Assembly: GCA_947501605.1 (NCBI GenBank)
Contig: CANMWZ010000001.1
Span: 192,001 to 256,000 of the forward strand
Length of the DNA: 64,000 bases
Source of the DNA: Planctomycetota bacterium
Lineage (GTDB): Bacteria > Planctomycetota > UBA1135 > UBA2386
Reading direction: 5' to 3'
This document shows, one piece after another, positions 17,025 through 26,889 of this stretch. A program made the position numbers and the translations under genes. Positions within the stretch are counted from its first letter, which is position 1. Every line of letters starts with the position of its first letter. The notes under the pieces are model-generated. The model was not told where the DNA came from. It did no database searches and saw only the letters and a program-made list of their open reading frames with translations.

Positions 17025-19511
17025 TCAGCTTCGCCGACGCGGGCGCGGGCGGGACTCGGCCGCCGCTGCGAGCGGGTTCTCGGGCCAGCTGTGCCGGGGA
17101 TACCGCCGAGCCAGTTCACGGCGCACGTCCGGATAGACGTTCTGCCAGAAGCTGGCAAGGTCAGTCGTCACTTGCACCGGCTGGTGGTTTGGCGCGAGCA
17201 ACTCGAGGACCAACCGAACCCGCCCGCCAGCGAGAGCCGACACCGAAGGCAAGCCGAAGAACTCCTGGAGCCGGGCACGGACTGTCGGTCCTGCCGGTGC
17301 CCCGTAGTCGATCATGGCATGGCGCGCAGAGGGCAGTTCGACGCGCTCTGGTGCATGTTGACGCAGTGCGTGCAACTGCGAACCCGTTAGACGCGAGGAC
17401 AACTGCGGCGTGAGGTCCGCATCGCGAAGCGAGCGCAGTTCGGTTCGCGTACCCAACGACTCGATTGCCGCACCGACGATCTGATCGTGGTCGAACGTGG
17501 GCAATCCGAGCTCGGGCATTCGTTCGCGAAGGAACGCAACTCGAGCCAGGAAGGCCTGAGTCGCCATGGACTCACCAAGCCATCGTTGCGGGTCACGACG
17601 GAGCACCGGCAACAGCAATGCGTGGGCACGTTCTGGCTGAAGCTCCCCCCCGCGAGCGCTCGACAACCGCAGGTCGCGGTAGCAGCGCGCCCGCACGGCG
17701 ACGACGCGTCCCTGTTCCGAGTCGAGTTCGGCGTCCATCAGACTCTCGACCAGATTGGCCCGTTCGAGCACTGCGAGGTCGAATGGCGCGACCACCGTCG
17801 CCTGCGACCGCTGCTGCCGGCCGGTCTCGTGCAACCGGAGCGCGATGGCAAGGTCGTGCCCATCGACGGCTGCCGGCAGCATCACGCCGCGGCCGCCGAC
17901 CATAGTCCCTTCTCGCCCGTCCTTCCCAGACCTTGCCACCACGCGATCCGGAAAGCCCGCGAGCAGACAGGATGCCAAGTCCTCGCCGTCGTCGCCGCGG
18001 ACGTCCTGGCCGCGTGGAAGGAGCCGCTCGACAGTGCGCGCAATCTGCCTCGCCTGCTGCGGCGTTGTGCCCGCTTCGCGGCAGAGGTGCGGTGGGTAGC
18101 CGCGCTCGACCGCCTGCACGAACGCGGTCGTCGCCACGAGCAGATCAAGGCCCGCGGTTCCGCCGAGTTGATCGACCTCGCTCAGCAGCGCCGCGGCCAC
18201 CGCTGCCGACAGAGCGCAACCTCGAAGGCGACCCGCGAGTACGACCGCGCCGAGACGTGGATGCAACGGCATCGTGAGCAACTCCTGCCCGCGCGCCGTC
18301 ACCTGACCGCGGGCGTCGACGGCGCCGAGTTCGGCAAGGAGCGCATCGGCCGATTGCATCGCCGACTCGGGCGGCACTTCGAACCAGCCAAATCCGCGCG
18401 GATCGCGACCTGCGAAGGCGCGGACCGACAGCAACGCAGCGCATAGGTCGACACGCTGCACATCCGGCGTCGTTCGTGCACTCATGCCGCGCTCCTCACC
18501 CGCCGTCCACAACCGGTAGCAGATGCCCGGGCCGGTGCGTCCTGCGCGCCCCGCCCGCTGGGTCGCCGAGGCCAAGCTGATGCGCGACAGCTCGAGTACG
18601 TCGACACCACGCCCCCGGTCAAAGCGCAGTTCGCGGCAGAGTCCGGTATCCACTACTGCAGTCACGCCTGGGATCGTCAAGGAGCTCTCGGCGACGTTCG
18701 TCGAGAGAACGATCTTGCGTTGATTCTGCGATCGAATCGCGCGGTCCTGGTCTTGCGACGAGAGCCGGCCGTGAAGCGGCAGTACGAGCACCGACAGTCG
18801 CCGTGCGAGATTCAGGAGAGCATGTTCGCAGCGGTCGATCTCGCCAGCACCAGGCAAGAACACGAGCACATCGCCCGCGGTCTCCGCCAGTGCCCGTTCG
18901 ACCGCAGTTCGTACGCGCTGTTCGAGAGCCGAGTCATCGCGCCGCAGCTCATGTTCGACATGGACCGGATACAGGCGCCCGTCGCTCTCGATCTCGGCAG
19001 CCCCAGGCAAGAACGCGCGCAAGGGCCCCGGATCGAGCGTCGCCGACATCACACACAACCGGAGATCGGGGCGCACGGTCTCGCGCACTTCGCGCAGCAT
19101 CGCGAGCGCGAGGTCTCCTTCGAGGTGACGCTCGTGGAACTCATCGAGCACGACGGCGGCCGTGCCCTCGAGGAACGGATCCTGAACCAAGCGGCGCACC
19201 AGCACGCCCTCGGTCAGGAAGCACAATCTGGTGTCGCGCCCCACCCGCCGCTCACCGCGAACCTGATAGCCGACGAAACCGCCGATCTCGCTGCCGAGTT
19301 CTTGCGCCACGCGCGTCGCGGCCGCGCGGGCAGCGAGCCGTCGAGGTTCGAGCACAAGGACCTCGCCGCCGAGACTTGCCTGCGCCAGCGCCGACGGCAC
19401 GCGTGTCGTCTTGCCAGAGCCAGGCGGGGCCGCCAGCAGCAGCAGACCGCGATCTCGCATCGCCGCCACCACTGCAGGCAACAGTGGATCGATCGGCAGC
19501 GGGTCGATCAT
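17025..19511 (-). CDS. hrpB: ATP-dependent RNA helicase HrpB
   Basis: APPGSGKTT, DEFHER, MSAT, QRAGRAGR, C-terminal LLAP..PVQVTTDLASFW..RYPRHSWP. Confidence 0.95.
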   Translation of the reverse strand: MIDPLPIDPLLPAVVAAMRDRGLLLLAAPPGSGKTTRVPSALAQASLGGEVLVLEPRRLAARAAATRVAQELGSEIGGFVGYQVRGERRVGRDTRLCFLTEGVLVRRLVQDPFLEGTAAVVLDEFHERHLEGDLALAMLREVRETVRPDLRLCVMSATLDPGPLRAFLPGAAEIESDGRLYPVHVEHELRRDDSALEQRVRTAVERALAETAGDVLVFLPGAGEIDRCEHALLNLARRLSVLVLPLHGRLSSQDQDRAIRSQNQRKIVLSTNVAESSLTIPGVTAVVDTGLCRELRFDRGRGVDVLELSRISLASATQRAGRAGRTGPGICYRLWTAGEERGMSARTTPDVQRVDLCAALLSVRAFAGRDPRGFGWFEVPPESAMQSADALLAELGAVDARGQVTARGQELLTMPLHPRLGAVVLAGRLRGCALSAAVAAALLSEVDQLGGTAGLDLLVATTAFVQAVERGYPPHLCREAGTTPQQARQIARTVERLLPRGQDVRGDDGEDLASCLLAGFPDRVVARSGKDGREGTMVGGRGVMLPAAVDGHDLAIALRLHETGRQQRSQATVVAPFDLAVLERANLVESLMDAELDSEQGRVVAVRARCYRDLRLSSARGGELQPERAHALLLPVLRRDPQRWLGESMATQAFLARVAFLRERMPELGLPTFDHDQIVGAAIESLGTRTELRSLRDADLTPQLSSRLTGSQLHALRQHAPERVELPSARHAMIDYGAPAGPTVRARLQEFFGLPSVSALAGGRVRLVLELLAPNHQPVQVTTDLASFWQNVYPDVRRELARRYPRHSWPENPLAAAAESRPRPRRRS

Positions 19512-19518
19512 CGAGCAA

Positions 19519-20127
19519 TCACGCCGGTGGCACGAGCGGCCGACGGCCGTCGAGCGCATCCGCGAGGATCGAACGGCTCAACTGCGAAATCGAAGCGCCT
19601 GCCGGCATGCCGCGCGCGAGTCGCGTCACGTTGCCACATACGGGGCGCAGTTGTTCGGCGATCAAGTGTGCGGTGCCTTCGCCCTCGAGATCGGGGTTAT
19701 TGGCGAGACACACCTCCCGCGGCGATTCCCGCTGCACCCGCAGCACCAACGCAGCTGTCGTGAGATCGTCCGGCCCGATCCCTTCGACTTGACTCACACG
19801 TCCCTGCAGCACGTGGTAGAGACCTCGATAGCCCGCGTCTTCAAACCGTGCGACCTCGCGCGGATCTTCGAGCACGAGGATGGTGCCTCGGTCGCGCGTA
19901 GGATCACTGCAGATGGAGCAGGGGTCCTGAGCGTCGAGTTGGAAACATGACGAGCAGACTCGGACCGCGTCTCGCACAGTCGTGATCGCCGCCGCCAACT
20001 GCATCGCCTCATCGCGCGGAATGCGCAGCAGGTGGTAGGCAAAGCGCTCCGCGGTCTTCGGGCCGACGCCGGGCAACCGGCCGAGCAGTTCCATCAACCG
20101 CTCGATCGTTGGGTGGCGCTGGACCAT
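19519..20127 (-). CDS. recR: Recombination mediator RecR
   Basis: LPGVGPKTAER HhH, C4 zinc finger, YHVLQG, TRLARGMPAG. Confidence 0.96.
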   Translation of the reverse strand: MVQRHPTIERLMELLGRLPGVGPKTAERFAYHLLRIPRDEAMQLAAAITTVRDAVRVCSSCFQLDAQDPCSICSDPTRDRGTILVLEDPREVARFEDAGYRGLYHVLQGRVSQVEGIGPDDLTTAALVLRVQRESPREVCLANNPDLEGEGTAHLIAEQLRPVCGNVTRLARGMPAGASISQLSRSILADALDGRRPLVPPA

Positions 20128-20149
20128 GATCGCTCGACTTCGAGCTGGG

Positions 20150-20476
20150 CTAGAAGCCCATTCCCGGCAGGTTCATCCCGCCGGTGACCTTGCCCATCTC
20201 GCGATCGCGCAGTTCCTTGGCGGCAGCAAAGGCTTGCCGAACGGCGGCCGTCACGAGGTCCTCGAGGCCATCAACATCCTCGGAGTCGACAGCGCCCTTC
20301 TGGATCTTGACGGCCTGGATCTCCATGTTGCCGTTGACGTAGACCTTCACCGCGCCGCCCCCCGAGGTGCCTTCGACGATGCGCTCGCTGAGGGACTTCG
20401 TTGCGTCCTGCATGCGTCGCTGCATTTCTTGGGCCTGCTTGAGCAGGCTCTGCATGTCACCGAATCCGGAACTCAT
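20150..20476 (-). CDS. ybaB: YbaB/EbfC nucleoid-associated protein
   Basis: LLKQAQEMQ..GTSGGGAVKV..LEDLVTAAV; between dnaX and recR. Confidence 0.95.
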   Translation of the reverse strand: MSSGFGDMQSLLKQAQEMQRRMQDATKSLSERIVEGTSGGGAVKVYVNGNMEIQAVKIQKGAVDSEDVDGLEDLVTAAVRQAFAAAKELRDREMGKVTGGMNLPGMGF

Positions 20477-20539
20477 GGGCCCGATCATGCCGCGCGCAGC
20501 AACGATGCGCCACCAGTGGGGCAAACGGCTGACGCGAGT

Positions 20540-22240
20540 TCAGGCGTCCGGATCGACGTCCGGCGGCGCGGGCGGCGGCGGTAGTGCTGGAGGACGATCG
20601 CGGGGATCGATCTCCACGACGAGACCACTGAACTTGTCCATCACGCGACGCGCGGCGGGACCTGGGGGCGGGGCCGAAATCGGACTCGGATGACTTGGAG
20701 CCTTGTCGACGATCTCCACCGCGAGGGTGACAGTGCGTCCGAGTCCACGCGACAGCCAAGCGACGATCTTCTGCTGCACCTGCGGCGATTGCACCCGATC
20801 GCGATGCAGCTTGCGCTCACTGTCGAGCGCCAGCACGACCTTGCCGGCGGCATCGGGCCCGCGAAAGGCGCAGAGTTCTAGCGTGCTCTGCAACATCGGC
20901 TCCTCGCGCGCAGCAGCCAGCACGATCGTGCGCAGATCGCCGGCCGCCGCGGCGGCAGCAATCGTCGGCGGCGGCGGCACGGCTCGTGAGCTCCCAGCCG
21001 CGACACCGACGGTGCGCGGTGTCGCGGCGGAATTGCCGCTTCCTTGGCCGGCGAGACCGCCGTCGCGCACCGCGGCAATCAACTCACCCAGACTCGGCAA
21101 CGTCCCCGCCTCGGCCATCCGGACGATCGTCAGTTCAAGAATCGCCGCACGGTCTTCGAGCCGGCGCAACCGGTCGCGACCGAGCACCGCGGCCTGAATC
21201 ATGGCTTCGACCTGTTGCCGACCCGAGGACCTTGCCAGCTGCTGCAGACGGTCACGAACGACACCGATGTAGCTGACCAAGCCAGTGTCATCGCCGTCGA
21301 CCTGCATCAGCAGCACGCCACGCAGCGAATCGACGAGTTCGCCCAGGGCCTCCCGCTCGTCACCGCCAGACTGCTGCAACTCCGCGCAAAACCGCAGACC
21401 GGCTGCGGCATCGCCCGACAGCAGCGCAGCGCAAACCTCGATCACACGGTCGGTGCCGAGGCGCTGCGTCAGTTCGCGATAGGCCGCGAGGTCGAACGGT
21501 CCCTTGTGGTCGCGGGCCAGTTGCAGCACACGCTCGAGCGCCGTCTCGGCGTCCCGCATGCCGCCCTTGCTCGTGGCCGCGATCTCGACGAGCACATCGT
21601 CGCCCACGGCGACGCCTTCGGTGTTCGCAATCATTCGCAGCCGCGACTGGATGTCGGCGTCGCCGATGCGCCGAAAATGGAGGACCTGACAGCGCGAACG
21701 AATCGTGTCCGGCACCTTGTGCAGCTCGGTCGTCGCGAGCACGAACACGACCCGGGGCGGCGGTTCCTCCAGCGTCTTCAGCAGGGCGTTCCATGCCCCC
21801 GTCGACAGCATGTGCGCCTCGTCCAGGATGTAGACCTTGTACCGGGAGCGCATGGCGGCGAACGCGACGCGGTCGCGCAGTGCGCGAACGCTTTCGACGC
21901 CATTGTTCGACGCCGCATCGACCTCGATCACATCCGGATTGCTACCATCGAGGATCGACTTGCATAGCGAGCACTCGCCACACGGCTCGGGGGTAGGCCC
22001 CTGCTCGCAGTTCAGGCAGCGGGCAAGGATGCGCGCAGTCGTGGTCTTGCCGACCCCGCGGCTGCCGGCGAATAGGAACGCGTGCGGCACGCGACCGCCG
22101 GTCAGTGCGGCTTTCAGAGTGGACTGGATCGCCTCCTGGCCCACGACCTCCGTGAAGGCCTTCGGACGGAAACGGCGGGCGACTACTTGGTAGGGTGCTT
22201 GCGGAGCCCGACCTGGGGCCTCGTTGCCATGCTCGACCAT
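20540..22240 (-). CDS. dnaX: DNA polymerase III subunit gamma/tau
   Basis: ARRFRP, GSRGVGKTT, zinc cluster, DEAHML, SRC motif. Confidence 0.97.
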   Translation of the reverse strand: MVEHGNEAPGRAPQAPYQVVARRFRPKAFTEVVGQEAIQSTLKAALTGGRVPHAFLFAGSRGVGKTTTARILARCLNCEQGPTPEPCGECSLCKSILDGSNPDVIEVDAASNNGVESVRALRDRVAFAAMRSRYKVYILDEAHMLSTGAWNALLKTLEEPPPRVVFVLATTELHKVPDTIRSRCQVLHFRRIGDADIQSRLRMIANTEGVAVGDDVLVEIAATSKGGMRDAETALERVLQLARDHKGPFDLAAYRELTQRLGTDRVIEVCAALLSGDAAAGLRFCAELQQSGGDEREALGELVDSLRGVLLMQVDGDDTGLVSYIGVVRDRLQQLARSSGRQQVEAMIQAAVLGRDRLRRLEDRAAILELTIVRMAEAGTLPSLGELIAAVRDGGLAGQGSGNSAATPRTVGVAAGSSRAVPPPPTIAAAAAAGDLRTIVLAAAREEPMLQSTLELCAFRGPDAAGKVVLALDSERKLHRDRVQSPQVQQKIVAWLSRGLGRTVTLAVEIVDKAPSHPSPISAPPPGPAARRVMDKFSGLVVEIDPRDRPPALPPPPAPPDVDPDA

Positions 22241-22393
22241 GCCGACAGCATGGGTCGGCGGGCCGTCCGACGGAAGTCCGCGGCAGCGGTCTCGACGACA
22301 AAGCTGTCAGCGCCGTTGCAGCCAGGCCATGGTGTCCTGTATGACCTCCCGCCCATCCCCGCCCAGGCGCAACAGCGAGCAAGCGGAAGGCAT

Positions 22394-22485
<92 letters not shown>

Positions 22486-22488
22486 GTT

Positions 22489-22564
22489 GTAGAAAGGCCA
22501 CGGCGACGTGGCACGTAGCAAGGCCACGCTGACGTGGCACGTAGCAAGGCCACGCTGACGTGGC
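22489..22564 (+). repeat. Three 26-bp REP-like tandem units
   Basis: GTAG(A/C)AAG-GCCACG-(GCGA/CTGA)-CGTGGC-AC, with GTAG at 22489, 22515 and 22541. Confidence 0.85.
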
Positions 22565-22572
22565 GCCTGTTC

Positions 22573-22718
22573 GCCTTCGGCGCGTGCAGGTGGTGTCTGC
22601 CGGGTCCCGAGCAAGGGAGCGGCGTGAACCTGGTCAGGCCCGGAAGGGAGCAGCCATAAGCGTGCGGCTTCTTGTGCCCGGGGTGCCTGTCGGACTCCAC
22701 CTGTGCGCGCCGAGGGCG
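22573..22718 (+). ncRNA. ffs: Signal recognition particle RNA
   Basis: Domain IV TCAGGCCCGGAAGGGAGCAGC inside a long hairpin closed by GGCGCGTGCAGGTGG/CCACCTGTGCGCGCC; ends approximate. Confidence 0.92.
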
Positions 22719-22742
22719 CGCGGCCCATCGCCACGCGCGGGC

Positions 22743-23702
22743 TCAGCCGCCGTCGCGGGCACCGCCAGCGCCACCGCCAGCGGGATCTGCACCGCCGCCA
22801 CCGCCCGGTGCACCACCCGCACCGCGATTGCCGCGGGCTCGCTGCGCCCCACCGCGACCGCCGAGTCGCACCGCCGCCGCGGGGCGGGGCTGCAACTTCG
22901 CGGCCTCGAGCAGCTCGCGCTCCTCGGCGAACTGCTTCTTTTCTGCCGCCGCGAGGGCTTTGCGTTCGCGCGCGATTTCGGCTCGCTTCTCCTTGTCGCT
23001 GGCCTCGACTTTGTCCTCGTCGGCGTCGAGCGCAGCGGTCTGCTGTTCGAGCTTCTCGAGTTCGTGGACGACTTCGCCGTACTGCTTCACGAACTGCGGA
23101 AGACCAGGTTTCTGGTCCTTACCCACGGCCTTCGCGAGCATCTGCTCCAGGCTTCGCGCATTCGCCTTGTAGCCCGTGAGCGAGAGTTCTCCGACCTGCT
23201 TCTTGGTGGCGTCGAAGGCCACGAACAACGGCGCGTCCTTGCCGTAGCGCTCCTTCAAGCCTTTGCTGCTGGCAGCCGAGAGGTCGATGCGTGCGCACAC
23301 AAAGAAGCGCGTCGCGATTCCGACCTCATCCTGGAACAGCGTCCGTTCAAAAAGCTCGTGCTTGTCCGCGTCGGCCTGCGGGTCGTAGAGGTAAACCAGC
23401 GCGCGATTGCCGTCGGCCTTGGCTTGGTCGACAAACGGCAACGTCGACAGCATGTCCGGCTCCTTGGCCTCTGGGTCGGCGGGCTTCAGTTCCCCGTCGA
23501 TCCGCACATCGACGAACCAAGCACCGACGCGGTCATAGGTCGCCTCCGATCGGCGAGCGCCTGGTCGGCCCGAGGTGCTGGCACCGGCCGCGGCACCTCG
23601 ACCACCACCGCCGCCAGCACCACCACCTCCTTGGGCTAGCAGCGAAGCTGTCGTGGTCGCAACGAGCACAAGGGCAAGAGCGAAGGCGGGAGGACGGATC
23701 AC
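22743..23702 (-). CDS. Secreted hypothetical protein with possible CxxC-less thioredoxin-like domain, coiled coil and Gly-rich termini
   Basis: Signal peptide ending LLAQ. AKADGNRALVYLY..FERTLF..FVCARID..PLFVAFD pattern. Confidence 0.6.
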   Translation of the reverse strand: MIRPPAFALALVLVATTTASLLAQGGGGAGGGGGRGAAAGASTSGRPGARRSEATYDRVGAWFVDVRIDGELKPADPEAKEPDMLSTLPFVDQAKADGNRALVYLYDPQADADKHELFERTLFQDEVGIATRFFVCARIDLSAASSKGLKERYGKDAPLFVAFDATKKQVGELSLTGYKANARSLEQMLAKAVGKDQKPGLPQFVKQYGEVVHELEKLEQQTAALDADEDKVEASDKEKRAEIARERKALAAAEKKQFAEERELLEAAKLQPRPAAAVRLGGRGGAQRARGNRGAGGAPGGGGGADPAGGGAGGARDGG

Positions 23703-23904
23703 GAATCACCTCGTGGGCAGAAGGGTGCTGGAGACCGACTATGGGCTCGGCCCGGTGAGCCAAGCTGGCAGGAACCAGTGTCTACGGCCGGCGGCAAGGC
23801 GCGCCCACCTTTCCGTACCAGCTTCGTGACCAGCTTCGTGCCGCGACCCACGCGCCGCAGTGCAGCGGCCCCGGCGGCAGCACGGTCGTGCGCGGCGGGG
23901 AAAG

Positions 23905-23994
<90 letters not shown>

Positions 23995-24135
23995 GCGAGG
24001 TCGTTTCGGGCTCGCTGGGAACCCGCCGGCCGATAGGGAGGGCGGATCGTGCCGAGCGGCCGTCGACATTGCAACGGAGAACACGCCCTGATCCGTCGCC
24101 TTCTCTCGGCGTGCGCACCACCCCACACCGTTGCT

Positions 24136-24597
24136 TCAGCGCCGCTTGCGGAAGAACGCGCGCAGCAACTCGGCACTGCGTTCGGCTTCACGGCCTTCGT
24201 CGACGGTGCACCGGTGATTCAACCGCTCGTCCTCCAGAATCTGCGCCAGCGAACGCACCGCGCCGAACTTCGGGTCGCGCGCACAGTAGACCACGCGACG
24301 GACGCGCGCGTGCAGGATCGCGCCAGCGCAGAGGAAACACGGCTCCAGCGAGCAGTACAGCGTCGTCAACGGCAGGCGCTTGTCCCCCGCCGCGACCAAG
24401 GCGCGCTGAATCGCCTCCATCTCGGCGTGAGCGAGTGGCGAGCGCAGCTCCTCGACGCGATTGCGTCCCTCACCCAACAGCCGATCTCCAAGCACCACGA
24501 CCGCGCCCACAGGAACTTCGCCAGCGGCGCCAGCTTCGGTGGCAAGTTCGAGGCAGCGCTCGATCCAGTGCGCGTCCCAGTCGATCGGATTGGTCAT
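24136..24597 (-). CDS. tadA: tRNA adenosine(34) deaminase
   Basis: GEVPVGAVV, HAE, EPCFLC, DPKFGA, LNH, FFRKRR. Confidence 0.93.
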   Translation of the reverse strand: MTNPIDWDAHWIERCLELATEAGAAGEVPVGAVVVLGDRLLGEGRNRVEELRSPLAHAEMEAIQRALVAAGDKRLPLTTLYCSLEPCFLCAGAILHARVRRVVYCARDPKFGAVRSLAQILEDERLNHRCTVDEGREAERSAELLRAFFRKRR

Positions 24598-24724
24598 CGT
24601 CGGTTCCCGCGTGGCAAGCGCGCAGTCGGGTCATCATCGCGAGGCGCGCGCGGCGAGGCCACAGCCGCGTAGACTCGTGCAGGCCTGGAGCTACCATCCC
24701 GCTTTTCCACCAGTGCTGGGACAC

Positions 24725-25723
24725 GTGACCAAACGCGACTTCCTCTCGTCGATCGACATCAGCCGCCATCAACTCGAGGACATGCTCGAGCTGGCCGCGC
24801 GAGCCAAAGGCAAGCGTCCGGGCCAAGTTCTCGCCGGCAAGACTCTGGGCCTGTTGTTCTTCGATCCGAGCCTGCGCACGCGCGTCAGTTTCGACGTCGC
24901 AATGGTCCAGTTGGGTGGCAGCTGCATCAACCTGTCCCGCGACGACCTCTATGAGCTCGAGCCCAAGGAGCAGGCGGTCATGGATGGCATCGCGGAAGAA
25001 CACGTCATGGACGCCGCGCGCACGTTGTCGCGCTACGTCGATGCGCTGGGTGTCCGCTCGGTCACGCGAACGGGGTCCTGGGCTCGGGATCGCCAGGAGG
25101 TACTGCTGCGCAGCTACGCGCGCCACGCGACCGTGCCAGTCATCAACCTCGAGACCTGCTTCGAACACCCGTGCCAGGCGGTCGCCGACATCTTCACGAT
25201 GCGCGAGCAGTTGCTGCAGCTGAAAGGTCGTCGACTCACGCTCGCGTGGAGCATGCACCCCGACCCCAAACCGCTCGGCCCGACCCACTCGGTGCTCACG
25301 CTCGCTGCGATGATGGGCATGAACATCACGCTGGCCCACCCACTCGGTTTCGAGGTCGACGACGAAGTGCTGCAGCGCAGCCGGGGACTGGCGCAGGAGT
25401 CCGGCGGCTCGGTGCAGGTCGTCAACGACCTGCGCGCCGGCGCGCGCGACTCCGAGGTCCTGTATGTCCGCTCGTGGGGTTCGACCAAGTACTGGGAGGA
25501 TTCCGAGCGGGAGGCCATGGTCAAGCGCTCGCTTTCGGACTGGCGGGTCGATCGCGACCTGATGGCAACGACCCAGAACGCGCTGCTGATGCACCCTCTG
25601 CCTGTGCGTCGCAACGTAGTTGCAACCGACGAGGTGCTTGATGGCCCGCGCTCGGTCATCTACGACCAGGCTGCCAACCGAACCCACGTGCAAAAGGCAC
25701 TGCTGATGCAGTTGCTGAAGTGA
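24725..25723 (+). CDS. argF: N-acetylornithine-type carbamoyltransferase (ArgF')
   Basis: FFDPSLRTR, EHVMDAAR, HPCQ, W..HP.P, RSW, HPLPVRRN; GTG start at 24725. Confidence 0.82.
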   Translation: MTKRDFLSSIDISRHQLEDMLELAARAKGKRPGQVLAGKTLGLLFFDPSLRTRVSFDVAMVQLGGSCINLSRDDLYELEPKEQAVMDGIAEEHVMDAARTLSRYVDALGVRSVTRTGSWARDRQEVLLRSYARHATVPVINLETCFEHPCQAVADIFTMREQLLQLKGRRLTLAWSMHPDPKPLGPTHSVLTLAAMMGMNITLAHPLGFEVDDEVLQRSRGLAQESGGSVQVVNDLRAGARDSEVLYVRSWGSTKYWEDSEREAMVKRSLSDWRVDRDLMATTQNALLMHPLPVRRNVVATDEVLDGPRSVIYDQAANRTHVQKALLMQLLK

Positions 25724-25740
25724 GACCGGCGGCTCGCTCC

Positions 25741-25786
25741 GCGTTCAGTTCGGTTTGGCGGCAGCGTTCAGTTCGGTTTGGAGGCA
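25741..25786. repeat. 23-bp tandem duplication spanning the epimerase stop codon
   Basis: GCGTTCAGTTCGGTTTGG(C/A)GGCA x2. Confidence 0.85.
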
Positions 25787-26790
25787 GACGGTGGAGGACG
25801 GCAATAGCCCTCGGCGAGCGCAACTTGGCGCAAGCCCTCCATCAGACCGGTTTGGGGTCGGAAGCCAACGAGGCGTAGCGCCGCCGCGCCATCCGCAACC
25901 CATCCGGCGGCGCCCAACTCGCGAACTTTGTCGGCGTTGAAATAGCTAGCGCGACGAGTCACAGCAGCGATCAGGTCGCAAACCGAAGCGGCCGCTGCAG
26001 CGATCGGGAGCGGCACCGGCAGGAGCCGAGCCCTTCGATCGCACGCCGCCGCGATTGCTCGCAAGAAGGCGTGTGTGTCGGTGCGCTCCTTGCCATCGAG
26101 CGGCAACACTGCGCCTTCTGGTTGCGAACGTGCCACGGCAAGCAGCGCCAGCACGACGTCGCGCACATGGACCACCGAAAGCGGCTGCGCCCGCGGTGGT
26201 ACTGGGCACAGCATTCCCAGTGCTTGCCGAAAGACCAGCCGGGTCGCCGCATCAGCCGGACCGAACACCACGGGTGGTCGCACGATCGCGACACGAGCGC
26301 AACGCTGCAGCATTGCGATCTCGCCCAATCGCTTGCTGTCGCCGTACCAGGAGACGGTTCGGCACTGAGAGGGAGGTAGATCGGTGCCGCGGCCGTCGAT
26401 CGACGGGCCAGCGGCTGCCAGCGAGGACACGTGCACCACGAACGCCGAGGGTGCGTGCGCCGCAATTGCATCGGCAAGTATGGCCGTGCCATCGCGATTG
26501 ACGGCTAGGTAGTCGGCAGCTCGGACCGCCTTCAGGGTGCCGGCGAGATGGAACACGAGACTGACGCCAGCAACCGCGTCGCGCACAGCCAGAGCATCGC
26601 GCAGATCACCCCGGCAGACGGATACCGCGGGAATTCCGCGCGCCGTCATCGCGGCAGGATCGCGTACGAGGCAACGCAATCGCGAGGGCGGCAGACCCAG
26701 GCGCAACAGGCTGCGGACCAGCTCGGCGCCCAAGAAACCGGTCGCCCCAGTGACTAGGCACGAGGTCTCTTCGAGGAGCTGCACGGACAA
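25768..26790 (-). CDS. NAD(P)-dependent epimerase/dehydratase (extended SDR), candidate CerR-like reductase
   Basis: TGATGFLG, HLAG, VSSLAA, YGDSK (YxxxK), RPPVVFGP; divergent from the Spt-like gene. Confidence 0.85.
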   Translation of the reverse strand: MSVQLLEETSCLVTGATGFLGAELVRSLLRLGLPPSRLRCLVRDPAAMTARGIPAVSVCRGDLRDALAVRDAVAGVSLVFHLAGTLKAVRAADYLAVNRDGTAILADAIAAHAPSAFVVHVSSLAAAGPSIDGRGTDLPPSQCRTVSWYGDSKRLGEIAMLQRCARVAIVRPPVVFGPADAATRLVFRQALGMLCPVPPRAQPLSVVHVRDVVLALLAVARSQPEGAVLPLDGKERTDTHAFLRAIAAACDRRARLLPVPLPIAAAAASVCDLIAAVTRRASYFNADKVRELGAAGWVADGAAALRLVGFRPQTGLMEGLRQVALAEGYCRPPPSASKPN

Positions 26791-26889
26791 AGAGTTTGTC
26801 AGGAGCCTTGCGAGAATCTAGCATTCCCCGCGCTTTACACGGCCGCGCCGAGCGGTGGCCCAGACCTGCGTAACCTCACAGCCAGCGAA

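Noticed and set aside
22489..22564. Possible CRISPR array
   Set aside because: Units are contiguous with no unique spacers, and there are no cas genes
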